A DNA stretch of 64,000 nt from Nemertoderma westbladi (GCA_032718475.1 JAUCBJ010005760.1:20450-84449); one strand, 5' to 3'; positions 47,721 through 62,300 are shown, counted from the stretch's first letter. Numbers and translations are program-made. Notes: a model not told the origin generated them from the sequence alone.

Positions 47721-50475
47721 TTAGAATTCATCATTGTACGCTCTCCATTTTGAGCTCAAACGGATCCGGAGATATGTCCGATTCTAAATTGTATAACAAA
47801 TCCAATGGAAAGAATCACAATTCGCAGGAATTTGGAGTGAAATTTGAAGTTCACGATAGAGATGAATTCTCTGTTCTGTCCATTATACATTAGATTATTG
47901 TATTATCAGGTTTGTTTGGGTTACGACATCATGGTCTGATTGCTATGGTGATTACCGGACTGGCCATGGATCTAAAACAAGAATGCTATACTGTGCTGAA
48001 AAAAAGGATAAAGGTAAATACAATATATTATTATAGATAATTAAGTGTTATTCTTAAAATTGTAATCCTATACTTATAGTTGCCGTAAATGAAGTGTGTC
48101 AAAATGTTGTTATCTACCGGTAAGCGGTAATGGTGTACTGCAGTAATAGTGTAATTATTGGTCAATTTGTCAGAACGTCCGAATGCGATATTCCATTCGA
48201 GAAGCTTCGCTTCTCGAGAAGCGCTGCAAACGCGGCGAGTCGAGAGAAACCGGGATGGAATCAAAAGGCGATGAGTCGACGGCATTTCATAAGCGACGGC
48301 ACAATATCAGGATACCTGGGCAGTACCAGGGTAGACGTACTGCCACGCAATCTCTGAGGGAAAACAGCCAGAACAAAAAAAAACGGTTGATATGGAGAAA
48401 CGCGAAACTCGTAAACGCTTTCAATGGAGAGGAAGAAGTGCTCAAAATAGAGACGAGGAAATAAGCGCAGTCTATAAAGTTACAGATAACAAGAAAGTCA
48501 AATAGTTTCCAGTTTGACCCATTGACATATATAATCAACCTCACTTTATTAATGTGTACTCGGCGAAATATACATCGTGGGATGATGTGAAATACAGTAG
48601 AACTATCCTTGTGATGTACCAAATATGTGGAATTTTATTCCAATAACAAACTTACCTACCTACCTATATGGTATGTCAATGAATTGTTATTAAATTTCCA
48701 TAAAATATTCACAATTCTGTCTGTCCTTGAATTCCATATATATGTTTTGTTTGGTCAAAAATTGTGTTATGTTTTTATTCGTTTGTCTGTCTGTCACTGG
48801 TATTTTTGAGTTTTACATTTCCAAGGACATCATTTCATTGTTATATCTAGATGATATGTCTCAATTCGTTATCCATTCGGCCGAATTAGGAAAACAGAAC
48901 ATCTTATCAAATAACCCTAAAGCTACTGAATCTGGAATTTCTGCTATCATATGAGTACTACTGTAGTGCTCTCATCAACCATGTATGGTGCGACAGTGAC
49001 AGTATGAAAGAGTAGGCCTACGCAACGTCAATATAAGTGGATGAATACTGAATAGCGAACCGCAACCCAACAAACAATGAACTACCATCTACTACCCGAA
49101 AACCCGATCCCTCACACATTATATCGCTTAGTCTCAGATATCCGATTCAATGGCATAACATAACGGCTACTTTGAATTTAAAACTAACGAAGATTATTAT
49201 TCATTTTATCAGGAAATTTCCTTTACAAATCCTCACTACCCCTAAATTAAATCCAGCGACTGATTTCAGATAATGGAGGATTAAGAATGGCGATGACAGC
49301 GATTTGACGTTTTAAAAGGTTTATTGGAATTATTTCGCAATCAGAGCGAATGTCAGTAATTCTACGTGAATAATTATACATACATACAAACATGTAGTAG
49401 ATACTAATCCCGCGTGTAATTTTTGACTATTCATGCAAATATATATATAAAGGGAAAAATCAGAAAAAGATCAAAGCTTTTCAAAGGATTTGGCATTACT
49501 GGCTCCTCGCTCATATGAATATTATATGGAAATCAGTGAGTGTAGCTGACCGAACATGTTTCTGAACTATTGCGTTAGTAATGCATTGTGATTTAACAAC
49601 CCTTACCGGTACCTTTGTTGTGTCGCATCGTTGGTTGAGAAATATTCCACAATATTCGTTCTTATGCATCACTTGTGCAACTAATCAATTCCGAGGAGGG
49701 AAACACTGACAATTTGAAATAAATCACCTCATAAAGGAGACATTGCACTGGTTAAACAACAACACGGGTGTTGGTTGGATAGTCCTGGAGATCTGTTTAG
49801 CTCGCTCTATCCACTACCAATCCGTTTTAGTCCGACCACCCAATCTATCATGTCCTACAACCTTACAGACATTTCGATCTGAACATGATCGAAGTGTTTG
49901 GATTCTTTGCTATTTTAGCGCTGCACGCAGTGGGCCACCAATTTTTAAATTTATTTAGGTTCCGAATGGCGCTGATTTCAAAAAAATTAGTTTCGAGCGA
50001 CCAAATCAATTATAAGTGCCATTTTATGGCAAATGCCAATTTGGCACAAGATTTATAATTCCTTCCACTTGCATTAAACATAATAATTTTGTGAAAAGGT
50101 TTTTGAGGCTCTTTTTAGGCTGATTCTGATAAAACTGGTTCGAAGCTGAAATATCAAAACTTAAATAAGTGCCATTTATTAGTACATTCAATTTTGTCAC
50201 TTGATTAAATATTTTTAAATTTAGTAATTTAAATAAATTTACTTTCAAAATACTATTATTTATTCCTCCATTCTTATTCCGATTGAAGTATAAAACTTTA
50301 ATCAATTTGAAATATGATCTGAATTTATGTCTTCAAGTTATACAGTAGCAGTACCTCAATATGTATCGTTCAAAGAAAGGGCCCTTAAGTTCAAATTTTA
50401 GAATTTCCGTTTATTGTAGAATTGTATTCCCCTATAAATGGCGGTCATTTTGATACCAAATTGGGACATTTATGA

Positions 50476-50693
50476 GGGTGTAAACGCTACGCCGACAACC
50501 GACTACCGACAACAAACGTCGACAACCATTATTAAAGCTGATTAATGTTATTTATTAATTGAGGGACAGGAACAGGTTACAGTAGAATGTTATTCTAACC
50601 AAAACAATAAACGGGAGTAACGAACTCAGGTTACATTTTCATATTTGCTGTTGTCAGCAGTAGTTGTCGGTTGTCGGCGTAGCGTTTACACCC
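50476..50693. mobile_element. MITE with 28-bp TIR and 9-bp TSD (Mutator-like)
   Basis: TIR GGGTGTAAACGCTACGCCGACAACCGAC and its reverse complement; TSD CATTTATGA at 50467-50475 and 50694-50702. Confidence 0.92.
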
Positions 50694-51901
50694 CATTTAT
50701 GATCATTTTTACCAAGCTGTGACGAAATTTGTGTTGAATGATCAATGATATATAGTATACGAATTAACGAAGTGGAGTAAATCCATGTTACAGTATATTA
50801 TGTTCGGTAAATTGAAGTGGTTATGAATGCTATCGTGGAATTACAATTTCAAATTGTATCGGTTTCATCAACTTTAATTCAAAGATCTCTATTTCGGCAT
50901 GTTCTAGGTTTTTTGGGAGGCGAATTCACCTGAACTAATTATAATATTAACAGGGAAACGAAAATACTACTTTTCACTGGGTGCTAAATTTCAAATCGAT
51001 TTTATTGAATAGTATTAATTTCAGCTTTTTATAGGTTTTCTGTGGTACGTAATTCAACCGATTGAAGTAAAACACAAACAGGCCAAAGGAACTACTTCTT
51101 TTCACTGGGTGCAGAAAGTTGGTGCCAGCACCAAAATTAAAAGTTTTCGATTTCTTGAAATTTTAAATTTTGTATCGCTTAATAAATATTACCATTGCAA
51201 TCAGCACCCGAAAAAACCTACATAGATTATGAATTATATGAATTAGGCCATAAAAAGTCATAATTCAAAATCATGAAAATTGAAATTTTCATATCAAATT
51301 TTAGCGTAGGCGTCCATTCAGTGACCTCATAACCTGCTCCTTTCCCTTAATTGATAATTTAACATTGAGACAATATTGTACTTTGCTAAGAAGGGATTTG
51401 CGTCAGGTTTTCCCCTCTGTTTCAATTTGGGTGTTGATTTATCATCAATTTTATTAGCCCACATTTTGCCAACCATTCTCGCCAAGCTCTCTTATATTTT
51501 ATGGCATATTTCTGGATTCTAGACAATTTCTGGCTCAATTGTTACATTGATTTTATTGTTGGTTTTTGTTTCAGCATCGAAAATTAATTAAATAGAGCCA
51601 CTAGAGACGTCACTTCAGAATATTACTAACGGATTGGTTCGATGGTTAATAATGTAGTGATAATGATGCGTTCAGGCCAATAATTAATTATTATTTATAT
51701 TTATATATTTAATATGAGTATTAAAGGACGTCTATGGTTCAGGCAAATCTAAATTGATACTCATTATATGAATAGTTGAACCATAGTGGAGGTCGCTTAT
51801 TGTTTCTAAAGGTGGTTAATATAATTAAAACTGGCTGATTACACTAAGAACACTCAAAATACTAATTCAATTTTTTTATTCTCAATTTGATTATTTTTCA
51901 G

Positions 51902-52074
51902 GGAAATCACCGGTACCGATGGTGCAATGTCAGTCGGCCCCGCCGGCGTTGGAAACGGTTTGTAGGCCTGAAGCGACCAGGGACTGCGAGGTTGGACCGT
52001 GGACAGAATGGAGTGATTGCACACTCACTGACTGTCATAGGAAATACTTCCTACCGCTTATAGATGTTCACCAG
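51902..52074 (+). CDS. Exon of THSD7-like gene
   Basis: Acceptor TTTTTCAG; KSPVPMVQC...VCRPEATRDCEVGPWTEWSDC; phase-0 donor CAG|GTAGGA matches the next exon. Confidence 0.85.
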
Positions 52075-52827
52075 GTAGGAAGTGATGTATATCAATGTAG
52101 GGCCTACTATGGACGAAAGTACACAGAGAGAGAGAGAGAGACCGATAAGAAATTGTATTTTTTTTTATAAATTTTTTGTTAGATGATTAAAGAATACTTA
52201 ATTTATTTACTTATTAGTCGAAGCAAGAAGTAAAACCTTGCATAAATATAAAATAAAAATATATAGAAAAAAAAGAGTATATAAAAAAAAGTATATAAAA
52301 AAAAAACACAAATTAAAAGGCAACCGTCAAATTTGCTCCCCTCTGTGACAATACCAACCGTTTAGCTGATCAGGTGATCAATTATTGCATGCAACTAATC
52401 TGGTCATGGTTGCTTTCTAGTTTGAGTTGGTTGAACATGAACCGGGGTAACAACGGTTGGCTAACCGGGGTATCATTTGTACCTATTGCTTGGCAAATAA
52501 ATAAATTCATTAAATATTATTTTCTACCTCAAGCTTTTGTATCATCCAGACTTAAAGACTATTAATTACTATCAAAAATTTAAAACTTTTTATGGGTAAG
52601 TCAGGATGTATATATCCCACAAAATATGGATACTAAACTATGTCGGTTTCAATATTTATTGTCATGATACTGAGAGGGATGAGTGTGTAGATTTACCTGA
52701 ATTACGAAACTGCTTGCTAATTGGAAATTCAATGATTTGTTTCCTGAATTGTGTAAAATATTTTTGAAATTGATGTTTTATAAAGAAATATATATTTTAT
52801 ATACAAATTTACTTAAATTAATCTTAG

Positions 52828-53052
52828 GGTTGGAAGTTTCGACGGAGAGTAGTTCAGATGGAACCTGTAAACGAAGGAAATGTTTGTCCGACATTAGTGG
52901 AAGCCAAGGAGTGTCTGTACCCGTACTGCTTCCATCGGCAACGAACCGACGGTCTGACAGCCTGTCAGTCAGTCGACCCAACTCGGTTAAACAGCAGATG
53001 TTCTGATTCCTACACTCGACCTGTTAACTACACCTGTGTTGACGCATTTGGC
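52828..53052 (+). CDS. Exon of THSD7-like gene
   Basis: Acceptor TCTTAG; GWKFRRRVVQMEPVNEGNVCPTLVEAKEC...C...YTRPVNYTCVDAFG; donor GTTAGT. Confidence 0.87.
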
Positions 53053-53121
53053 GTTAGTATTTTTCTTTTCATTATTATAAATATGAATCTCAAGACCAGG
53101 TTGAATTAATAGGAATAAAAC

Positions 53122-54225
53122 TTGGGATAGGAGTAGCGCCCACCCCTACCTTCGGGTAGCAGATAGGAGTAGCGCCCACTGCTACCTTCGGGTAGCAGAT
53201 AGGAGTAATGCCCACCCCTACCTTCGGGTAGCAGATAGGAGTAACGCCCACCCCTACCTTCGGGTATCAGATAGGAGTAGCGCCCACCCCTAACTTCGGG
53301 TAGCAGATAGGAGTAGCGACCACCCCTAACTTCGGGTAGCAGATAGAAGTACTGCACACCTCTACCTTTGAGTAGCAGATAGGAGTAGCGCCCACCCCCA
53401 CCTTCGGGTAGAAGATAGGAGTAGCGCTCACCCCTACCTTCGGGTATCAGATAGGAGTAGCGCCCACCCCTACCTTCGGGTATTAGATAGGAGTAGAACC
53501 CACCCCTACTTCCGTGTAGCAGATAGGAGTAGCGCCCACCCCCACCTTCGGGTAGAAGATAGAAGTAGCGCCCACCCCTACCTTCGGGTATCAGATAGGA
53601 GTAGCGCCCACCCCTACCTTCGGGTATCAGATAGGAGTAGTGCCCACCCCTACCTTCGGGTAGCAGATAGGAGTAGCGCCCGCTCCTATCTTCGGGTAGC
53701 AGATAGGAGTAGCGCCCACTCCTACCTTCGGGTAGCAGATAGGAGTAGCGCCCACCCCTACCTTCGGGTAGCAGATAGGAGTAACGCCCACCCCTACCTT
53801 CGGGTATCAGAAGGAGTAGCGCCCACCCCTAACTTCGGGTAGCAGATAGGAGTAGCGACCACCCCTAACTTCGGGTAGCAGATAGAAGTACTGCACACCT
53901 CTACCTTTGAGTAGCAGATAGGAGTAGCGCCCACCCCCACCTTCGGGTAGAAGATAGGAGTAGCGCCCACCCCTACCTTCGGGTATCAGATAGGAGTAGC
54001 GCCCACCCCTACCTTCGGGTATCAGATAGGAGTAGCGCCCACCCCTACCTTCGGGTAGCAGATAGGAGTAGCGCCAACCCCTACCTTTTGGTATCAGATA
54101 GGAGTAGCGCCCACCCCTACCTTCGGGTAGCAGATAGGAGTAGCGCCTGCTCCTATCTTCGGGTAGCAGATAGGAGTAGCGCCCACTCCTACCTTCGGGT
54201 AGCAGATAGGAGTAGCGCCCACCCC
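53122..54225. repeat. 36-bp satellite (left block)
   Basis: Consensus AGATAGGAGTAGCGCCCACCCCTACCTTCGGGTAGC, about 30 copies. Confidence 0.97.
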
Positions 54226-54614
54226 TGTTGTATCCTTCACATCGGAAGTATAGAAGAAATAAAGTGAAATGTATTAGGTATTAATTATCCCAGATTTATT
54301 AATACAGGTCCGGTTTATCAACCATACCAGACACGGTAGGCTGATTTAAAGGGAAGTACAGAAGAACTTAAATAATTCAGCATGTCAGTACAGCAGTATA
54401 TCATCAGACCATATCCCAGCATGTAGACGGTAGTTATATTAAAAAACTGTTAAAGTACTTAGATCCAAACCACCACCTTAAAGGAAACTGAAAGTAACTT
54501 ATCAGTATATAACAACTCTCTCTTTTTTTTCGATTTGAAACGTATGATTTAGTTTTAAATAGTTTTAAATCGTTGGAATTAATTTTCCCAGTGGACGTGA
54601 CGTTGGCGTATACG

Positions 54615-57473
54615 TTAACTACGCCTAGGTAAGATGTCATTATCAGCTTCGTTGTGGTTATCGAGTTTCTCAGCTATAAAGTGGGGCCTGAGAAATCGGC
54701 GGTTGCGCCACCATGTGCGTCCCGATGGCAATTTTATATGATAATCACGGTGGCGACCGACACCTACGATGGTACCAGTGTGGGTCCACCGTTTGGTTTT
54801 CTGGTCCTGTATGAGGACTTTGGTGTTGGTTTTAAGGGAAGGGAGGTCGGCGGCTGATTGGTTGTATAACTCGGCCGTTTTTAGGCGGAGAGTGGCAGCG
54901 GCTGAATCGGTGGCGTCCGCTTCATCACGCCACTTCTGCGCGTATTTCGTATGGTGTGCAGGGATTCGTGTACGTAACAAGCGCCCAAATACACGTTCGC
55001 TGGGAGAGGCGCCGTCGCCACGGGGGAAGTTCCTGAGTTCCATGAGACCTTCTAGGAACTCGTCCGAATGTATATCGGGTTTTGGGCATTTGGCGAGGAG
55101 AGTTTTAATTCGCTTAACCGATGCCTCGGCATGCCCATTGCTGGTTGGGTAACCAGGTGTACTTGGTTCCCACTCGACACCCCATCGCTTAAGGAACATT
55201 CTGGTGTGATGTGCCGAGAACTGTGGACCGTTATCGGAATGAAGTTTTATCGGTACGCCCAAGTCAACGAAGTGTTGGCGCAAAGCCGAAGTTATTTTCT
55301 TTGCATCTGGGTCGTGAAACCATTCAGTTACGCACGGGTAACCAGATAAATAATCTGCATATACGAGAAAGTGACGTCCTCGCAGTGAGAAAAGATCAGC
55401 CGAAGCTCGTTGGAATGGGCGAGTAGGTGGGTCATCCGCCTTCAAAGTTTCCTTAGGAAGGCTTGGGAGTCTGGTAAGACATCCTTCACATTCACGAGTC
55501 ATTATCTCGATGTCGCGGCCAATCCCAGGCCAGTAGACCATCTGGCGAGCTCGCTGTTTGGTGCGAGTCATCCCTTGATGTGATGCATGTAAATGCTCGA
55601 GGATGTCGCCGCGGGATGCTTTAGGAATTATTATGCGGTCTTCGTAAAGGACGAGATCGCGGTGAACGGAAAGTGAGTCGCGAATAGACTTATACTGCTT
55701 TACCGATTCTGTGGCTGTGTGAATTGTAGTAAAACCACAGAGGATCTGTTGAACTAGCTCTCGATATTCGGAGTCTTTAATAGCAATCCGTCGGAGTTCC
55801 TCGACAAGGGGATCATTGTCGCCATCCTTGGTATGTACCCCGTCAGTCTCCGTACTAAAAACCGCTGCAAGTGCGGCAACTCGGTAGGTGGGATTAATGC
55901 CGTCATCAGAATCTGGGTCCTCGATCGGATGCCGACTCAGACTATCGGCAATACGGTGTTTGCTTCCAGGTTTCCACTCGAGATGGAACTGGTACGCGGA
56001 TTGAAGATTTGCTTTAATTCTCTGAATTTTTGAATTTTCCACCTGATCGAGTGTGTAATTATTAAAAATAGTGAGTAACGGTCGATGGTCGGTCACTACT
56101 GTGAAGTTAGAAAGTCCTTCTAGATATAAACAACATTTGGAAATACCGTATTTTATCACGGCACACTCGAGTTCAATAGTCGCCCACCTCGTCTCGCAAT
56201 CCATTAGGAAGCGACTACCGCAGGCGACGAGTTTATAAATATCGCCATGTCGTTGTATTAAATCATACCCCATCCCGAATTTACGGCTGGCATCAACCTC
56301 CAAACGTGTGTCCAGTAATGGATCGAAAGGAGCGAGGATTGGGGGCTGGAGTAAAGCGAGTTTCACAGCGCGAAACGCTTCCTCATGCATTGCCGTCCAA
56401 ATCCACTCGTTTTTGGTCCGTAGGATGTCACGTAATGAGACTGCAGCAGCACTGACAGCTGAGGAGAAACAGCCGAGTTGGTTTGCCAACCCCATGAAAC
56501 TACGAAGATCTGTAATGTTCTGCGGAGTTTCATAGTCCTGTATGGCTGGAACCTTCTCTGGATCCGCCTCAGTTCCGTCTGCAGATATAATGTAACCTGC
56601 GAATTTCACATTTGTTTGGGCAAAGTGAAATTTTTTGGGATTTAATGTAATCGAGTTATCGTGGCAACGTTGCAGCACATCACGCACTAACTCGACGTGT
56701 TCCTCGAGGTTTGAACTCTCGAGGAGTATATCATCTACAATTTTATTAACACCATCGACCCCTTGTAACACCATATCTCCCCTATAGTTGTAGGAATCGC
56801 CTGTGCTAATAAAACCCATGGGGGCCCTACAGTAACGGAAACAACCCCATGGTGTAATAAAAGTTGTTAAATCTCTAGATTTCTCTTCAAGTTCCACTTG
56901 CCAGTAACCCGTTTTGGCATCTAATGTGGAAAATAAACAGGAGCCCGGAATTCGAGCTGAAACAATATCGCGGGGGGAGCGCGCATTGTAGACGATTCGC
57001 TTCACTTGGTAATTGAGTTTAGTCAAGTCAACAGTTATTCTAACTTCGCCCGGGCTGTTCGTTTTACTACAAACAACCAGTGGGTGACACCACTCAGTAG
57101 GTCTGTCACCCACACGCTCGATAATACCATTCTCTACCATACTATCAATAGTTTCTTTCGCTTTTTCTCGGAAAGTGAATGGAACGGCGCGGTGTGTATA
57201 CAGTTTAAACGGGACCGCGTCGCCTTTAAGCTCGATTCGCATTGGCGGTCCGACCATAGCTTTCAGGCCGTGTCCATCACCAAACACATCGGCGTATTCA
57301 GCAATGATTTTTGCTTTAATCTTAGCAATATATTCGATAGGTTCTCCAATATTTCCGATGTGGGATTCGGGTTTATCCAGATCGGGTATCGGGTGGAGAA
57401 GATCCACTGAGTTTATAGAATGGATTGGATGCGGGAAGTCTGGGTGAACTATCCCCAAACCTTTACAGGCCAC
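54615..57473 (-). CDS. pol: Gypsy pol (RT, RNase H, integrase)
   Basis: [52 protein letters not shown]...[25 protein letters not shown]. Confidence 0.95.
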   Translation of the reverse strand: MACKGLGIVHPDFPHPIHSINSVDLLHPIPDLDKPESHIGNIGEPIEYIAKIKAKIIAEYADVFGDGHGLKAMVGPPMRIELKGDAVPFKLYTHRAVPFTFREKAKETIDSMVENGIIERVGDRPTEWCHPLVVCSKTNSPGEVRITVDLTKLNYQVKRIVYNARSPRDIVSARIPGSCLFSTLDAKTGYWQVELEEKSRDLTTFITPWGCFRYCRAPMGFISTGDSYNYRGDMVLQGVDGVNKIVDDILLESSNLEEHVELVRDVLQRCHDNSITLNPKKFHFAQTNVKFAGYIISADGTEADPEKVPAIQDYETPQNITDLRSFMGLANQLGCFSSAVSAAAVSLRDILRTKNEWIWTAMHEEAFRAVKLALLQPPILAPFDPLLDTRLEVDASRKFGMGYDLIQRHGDIYKLVACGSRFLMDCETRWATIELECAVIKYGISKCCLYLEGLSNFTVVTDHRPLLTIFNNYTLDQVENSKIQRIKANLQSAYQFHLEWKPGSKHRIADSLSRHPIEDPDSDDGINPTYRVAALAAVFSTETDGVHTKDGDNDPLVEELRRIAIKDSEYRELVQQILCGFTTIHTATESVKQYKSIRDSLSVHRDLVLYEDRIIIPKASRGDILEHLHASHQGMTRTKQRARQMVYWPGIGRDIEIMTRECEGCLTRLPSLPKETLKADDPPTRPFQRASADLFSLRGRHFLVYADYLSGYPCVTEWFHDPDAKKITSALRQHFVDLGVPIKLHSDNGPQFSAHHTRMFLKRWGVEWEPSTPGYPTSNGHAEASVKRIKTLLAKCPKPDIHSDEFLEGLMELRNFPRGDGASPSERVFGRLLRTRIPAHHTKYAQKWRDEADATDSAAATLRLKTAELYNQSAADLPSLKTNTKVLIQDQKTKRWTHTGTIVGVGRHRDYHIKLPSGRTWWRNRRFLRPHFIAEKLDNHNEADNDILPRRS

Positions 57474-59048
57474 AAGTGAAAGGAAAATCTCGCCCTGGGT
57501 GATTTCAGGGCAGATGTAAACCTAATCTAAATGTTCCGCGTCAACGAGTTTCAGTTTAAGTTTTACTCCCCCATCGCACAGGATCTGGTCGCCGTTAGCG
57601 GTGAGTAGGGGAGCGTCTGGTGGTTTTAGAAGGCATCATTTTATACGCCAGTCGTCCAGAATATCGGTACCGGCAGCTATGACCTGCGCCCCCGTGTCAG
57701 CAATACAGTTTTTGCTCCCTAGAAATAAATTATCGTCGCCGCTGGGACGATGAAAGTTAATCGAGACTACCGGTTTCCGGCAATTCTCCCCAATGTAGGC
57801 TTGGATTATTGCCCCAGTTTGTTTACCTTTTTTTGCAGTTTTATTATTGCAGACCTTTGCTAAATGTCCCTTTTTTCCGCAATTAGCGCAATTTTTATCC
57901 AATGCCCAGCACGGTTTATTGCCGTCGTGCGGCCAGTGCCCGCCGCACCGGTAACACGCTTTAGTAGGTCCTCCACCATGGGACGGAGAACGGCTAAGGT
58001 TCCGACCTTCCTTAGCTTGTCGGTATCGACTTTTGGATCGCGAACGTTCTTTTTTCCCACCATTATTCTGCTTTATAGCAGCCAATGTGTTGCCCTTGAG
58101 ACGTTTTCCTTCAATGGAAGCGAGTTCGCGGCTCCTACAGAAATCCACAGTTTATGTTAAATCGAGGGGGGTTTTTTTACCAAACACCTTGCAACGCGTT
58201 TCGTCGTCGGAAATTCCACAGATCAACAGGGTTAAAATCCAATCGTCTGGCGTCATCTGTTCGATCATTGCGTCGTCAGAGGACTCGCGAAGTTTTACGT
58301 AAAATTCCTCGAACGATAGGCCTTCCTGTTGTCGCTGACTCAGTAATTTATACCGATCGACAGCGATATTTTGTTCGCCCCGAAGATAGGTGCGAATCTC
58401 GGTAAGAATCTCATCCATTGTTTTATCAGTGTCTTGGGGAATTCCCATAGTATAGTGGATGCGGTTAAGTAAGTCCGAGCTGCAGTAGGAGAAGAGAACA
58501 GCAATCTGATCTTCCCTGGGTTTATCTGTCAACTTTGTGACACGAACGTAGTTCCTCCAAGTAGATTCCCAGTGTTTAAACTGGCGGTATCGCATGTCGA
58601 CCTCGAGAATATCGGGAGTTCGAAGTTGTAGCTTCGCGCTCGCCTGATCGGAAGTTCGAGAAATTGTTGGACCAGTACCGGTAGCAGGAGGTGCGCGTCC
58701 GAACTGAGCCAGGATTTGGACCATCTCGGCCGGCTCGTCGGCGCGGCGTTGTTCGTCGACAGCCCATTGCTGTTCTTCCCGATGTTCGCGGCGTAAATTA
58801 TCTTCGCAGCATTGTTGTTCGAGTTGAATTAGCAAGTTAGCTAGGTCGACGGATTGAGTAACTGGAGGTATGCTCGACTCCTCACCGGATTGGAGGAGTT
58901 TCAGTAAACGTTTACGCATTATCATACTTGATGTTTTGGCATCGAAAGAAACACCAGCGAATGTGCAGTGTTTAATTAACGACTGGCGATCCAGATCTTC
59001 TATTTCGTCCGGAGTGAGTTCCAACCAGTCATTCAATTCTATAGACAT
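57474..59048 (-). pseudogene. Gypsy gag-protease with nonsense codons
   Basis: Gag (RQQQEGLSFEEFYVKLR), knuckles CYRCGGHWPH...C and CANCGKKGHLAKVC, protease IADTGA; stops at 58152 and 57636. Confidence 0.88.
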
Positions 59049-59360
59049 TGCTGAATTTTGAGCCCGCTGGGGTCAAGCCATACGCTGCGCCATGTTGTAT
59101 CCTTCACATCGGAAGTATAGAAGAAATAAAGTGAAATGTATTAGGTATTAATTATCCCAGATTTATTAATACAGGTCCAGTTTATCAACCATACCAGACA
59201 CGGTAGGCTGATTTAAAGGGAGGTACAGAAGTACTTAAATAATTCAGCATGTCAGTACAGCAGTATATCATCAAACCATATCCCAGCATGTAGACGGTAG
59301 TTCTAATAAAAAACTGTGAAAGTACTTAGATCCAAACCACCACCTTAAAGGAAACCGACT

Positions 59361-62300
59361 AACCTTTGGGTAGCAGATAGGAGTAGCGCCCGCTCCTACC
59401 TTCGGGTAGCAGATAGGAGTAGCGCCCACCCCTACCTTCGGGTAGCAGATAGGATTAGCCCCACCCCTACCTTTGGGTACCAGATAGGAGTAGCGCCAAC
59501 CCATACCTTCGGGTAGAAGATAGGAGTAGCGCCCGCTCCTACCTTCGGGTAGCAGATAGGAGTAGCGCCCACCCCTACCTTCGGGTCGAAGATAGGAGTA
59601 GCGTCCACCCCTACCTTTGGGTAGCAGATATGAGTAGCGCCCACCCCTACCTTCGGGTAGCAGATAGGAGTAGCCCCACCCCTACCTTTGGGTACCAGAT
59701 AGGAGTAGCGCCCACCCCTACCTTCGGGTAGAAGATAGGAGTGGCGTCCACCCCTACCTTTGGGTACCAGATAGGAGTACCGCACACCCGTACCTTCGGG
59801 TAGCAGATAGAAGTAGCCCCACCCCTACATTCGGGTACCAGAAAGGAGTAGCGCCCATCCCTACTTTCGGGTATCAGATAGGAATAGTGCCCACCCTTAC
59901 CTTCGGGTATCAGAAAGGAGTGGCGCCCCCCCCCCCCCACCCCCCCCCCTTCTGGTAGCAGATAGGAGTAGCGCCCACACCTACCTTCGGGTAGCAGATA
60001 GGAGTAGCGCCCACCCGTACCTTCGGGTATCAGAAAGGAGTAGCGCCCACCCCTACCTTCGTGTAGCAGATAGGAGTAGCGCCCACGCCTACCTTCGGGT
60101 AGCAGATAGGAATAGCGCCCACCCGTACCTTCGGGTATCAGAAAGGAGTAGCGCCCCCCCCCCCCCCCCCTTCAGGTAGCAGATAGGAGTAGCGCCCACC
60201 CCTACCTTCGGGTAGCAGATAGGAGTAGCGCCCACCCGTACCTTCGGGTAGCAGATAGGAGTAGCGCCCACCCCTACCTTTGGGTAGCAGATAGGAGTAG
60301 CGCCCACCCCTACCTTCGTGTAGCAGATAGGAGTAGCGCCCACCCCTACCTTCGGGTAGCAGATAGGAGTAGCCCAACCCCTACCTTCGGGTACCAGATA
60401 GGAGTAGCGCCCACCCCTACCTTTGGGTAGAAGATAGGAGTAGCGCCCACCCCTACCTTCGGGTAGCAGATAGGAGTAGCGCACACCCATACCTTCGGGT
60501 AGCAGATAGAAGTAGCCCCACCCCTACCTTCGGGTACCAGAAAGGAGTAGCGCCCACCCCTACCTTCGGGTAGCAGATAGGAATAGCGCCCACCCGTACC
60601 TTCCGGTATCAGAAAGGAGTAGCGCCCCCCCCCCCCCCCCCCCTTCGGGTAGCAGATAGGAGTAGCGCCCACCCCTACCTTCGGGTAGCAGATAGGAGTA
60701 GCACCCACCCGTACCTTCGGGTAGCAGATAGGATTAGCCCCACCCCTACCTTCGGGTACCAGATAGGAGTAGCGCCCACCCATACCTTCGGGTAGAAGAT
60801 AGGAGTAGCGCCCGCTCCTACCTTTGGGTAGCAGATAGGAGTAGCGCCCACCCCTACCTTCGGGTAGAAGATAGGAGTAGCGTCCACCCCTACCTTTGGG
60901 TAGCAGATATGAGTAGCGCCCACCCCTACCTTCGGGTAGAAGATAGGAGTAGCCCCACCCCTACCTTTGGGTACCAGATAGGAGTAGCGCCCACCCCTAC
61001 CTTTGGGTAGAAGATAGGAGTGGCGTCCACCCCTACCTTCGGGTACCAGATAGGAGTACCGCACACCCGTACCTTCGGGTAGCAGATAGAAGTAGCCCCA
61101 CCCCTACATTCGGGTACCAGAAAGGAGTAGCGCCCATCCCTACTTTCGGGTATCAGATAGGAATAGCGCCCACCCGTACCTTCCGGTATCAGAAAGGAGT
61201 AGCGCCCCCCCCCCCCCCCCCCCTCGGGTAGCAGATAGGAGTAGCGGCCACCCCTACCTTCGGGTAGCAGATAGAAGTAGCCCCACCCCTACTTTCGGGT
61301 ACCAGAAAGGAGTAGCGCCCACCCCTACCTTCGGGTAGCAGATAGGAGTAGCGCCCACCCCTACCTTCGTGTAGCAGATAGGAGTAGCGCCCACCCCTAC
61401 CTTCGGGTAGCAGATAGGAATAGCGCCCACCCGTACCTTCAGGTATCAGAAAGGAGTAGCGCCCCCCCCCCCCCCCCCCCCTTCGGGTAGCAGATAGGAG
61501 AAGCGCCCACCCCTACCTTCGGGTAGCAGATAGGAGTAGCGCCCACCCGTACCTTCGGGTAGCAGATAGGAGTAGCGCCCACCCCTACCTTTGGGTAGCA
61601 GATAGGAGTAGCGCCCACCCCTACCTTCGTGTAGCAGATAGGAGTAGCGCCCACCCCTACCTTCGGGTAGCAGATAGGAGTAGCCCAACCCCTACCTTCG
61701 GGTACCAGATAGGAGTAGCGCCCACCCCTACCTTCGGGTAGAAGATAGGAGTAGCGCCCACCCCTACCTTCGGGTAGCAGATAGGAGTAGCGCCCCCCCC
61801 CCCCCCCCCTTCGGGTAGCAGATAGGAGTAGCGCCCACCCCTACCTTCGGGTAGCAGATAGGAGTAGCGCCCACCCGTACCTTCGGGTAGCAGATAGGAG
61901 TAGCGCCCACCCCTACCTTTGGGTAGCAGATAGGAGTAGCGCCCACCCCTACCTTCGTGTAGCAGATAGGAGTAGCGCCCACCCCTACCTTCGGGTAGCA
62001 GATAGGAGTAGCCCAACCCCTACCTTCGGGTACCAGATAGGAGTAGCGCCCACCCCTACCTTCGGGTAGAAGATAGGAGTAGCGCCCACCCCTACCTTCG
62101 TGTAGCAGATAGGAGTAGCGCCCACCCCTACCTTCGGGTAGCAGATAGGAGTAGCCCAACCCCTACCTTCGGGTACCAGATAGGAGTAGCGCCCACCCCT
62201 ACCTTTGGGTAGAAGATAGGAGTAGCGCCCACCCCTACCTTCGGGTAGCAGATAGGAGTAGCGCACACCCATACCTTCGGGTAGCAGATAGAAGTAGCCC

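Larger units (their letters stand above)
54226..59355 (-). mobile_element. Ty3/gypsy LTR retrotransposon inserted in the 36-bp satellite
   Basis: LTRs 54226-54514 and 59093-~59355 (the latter clipped). PBS TGGCGCAGCG on the minus strand at 59083-59092; PPT complement ACTCTCTCTTTTTTTT at 54515-54530; gag-PR-RT-RH-IN order. Confidence 0.95.
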
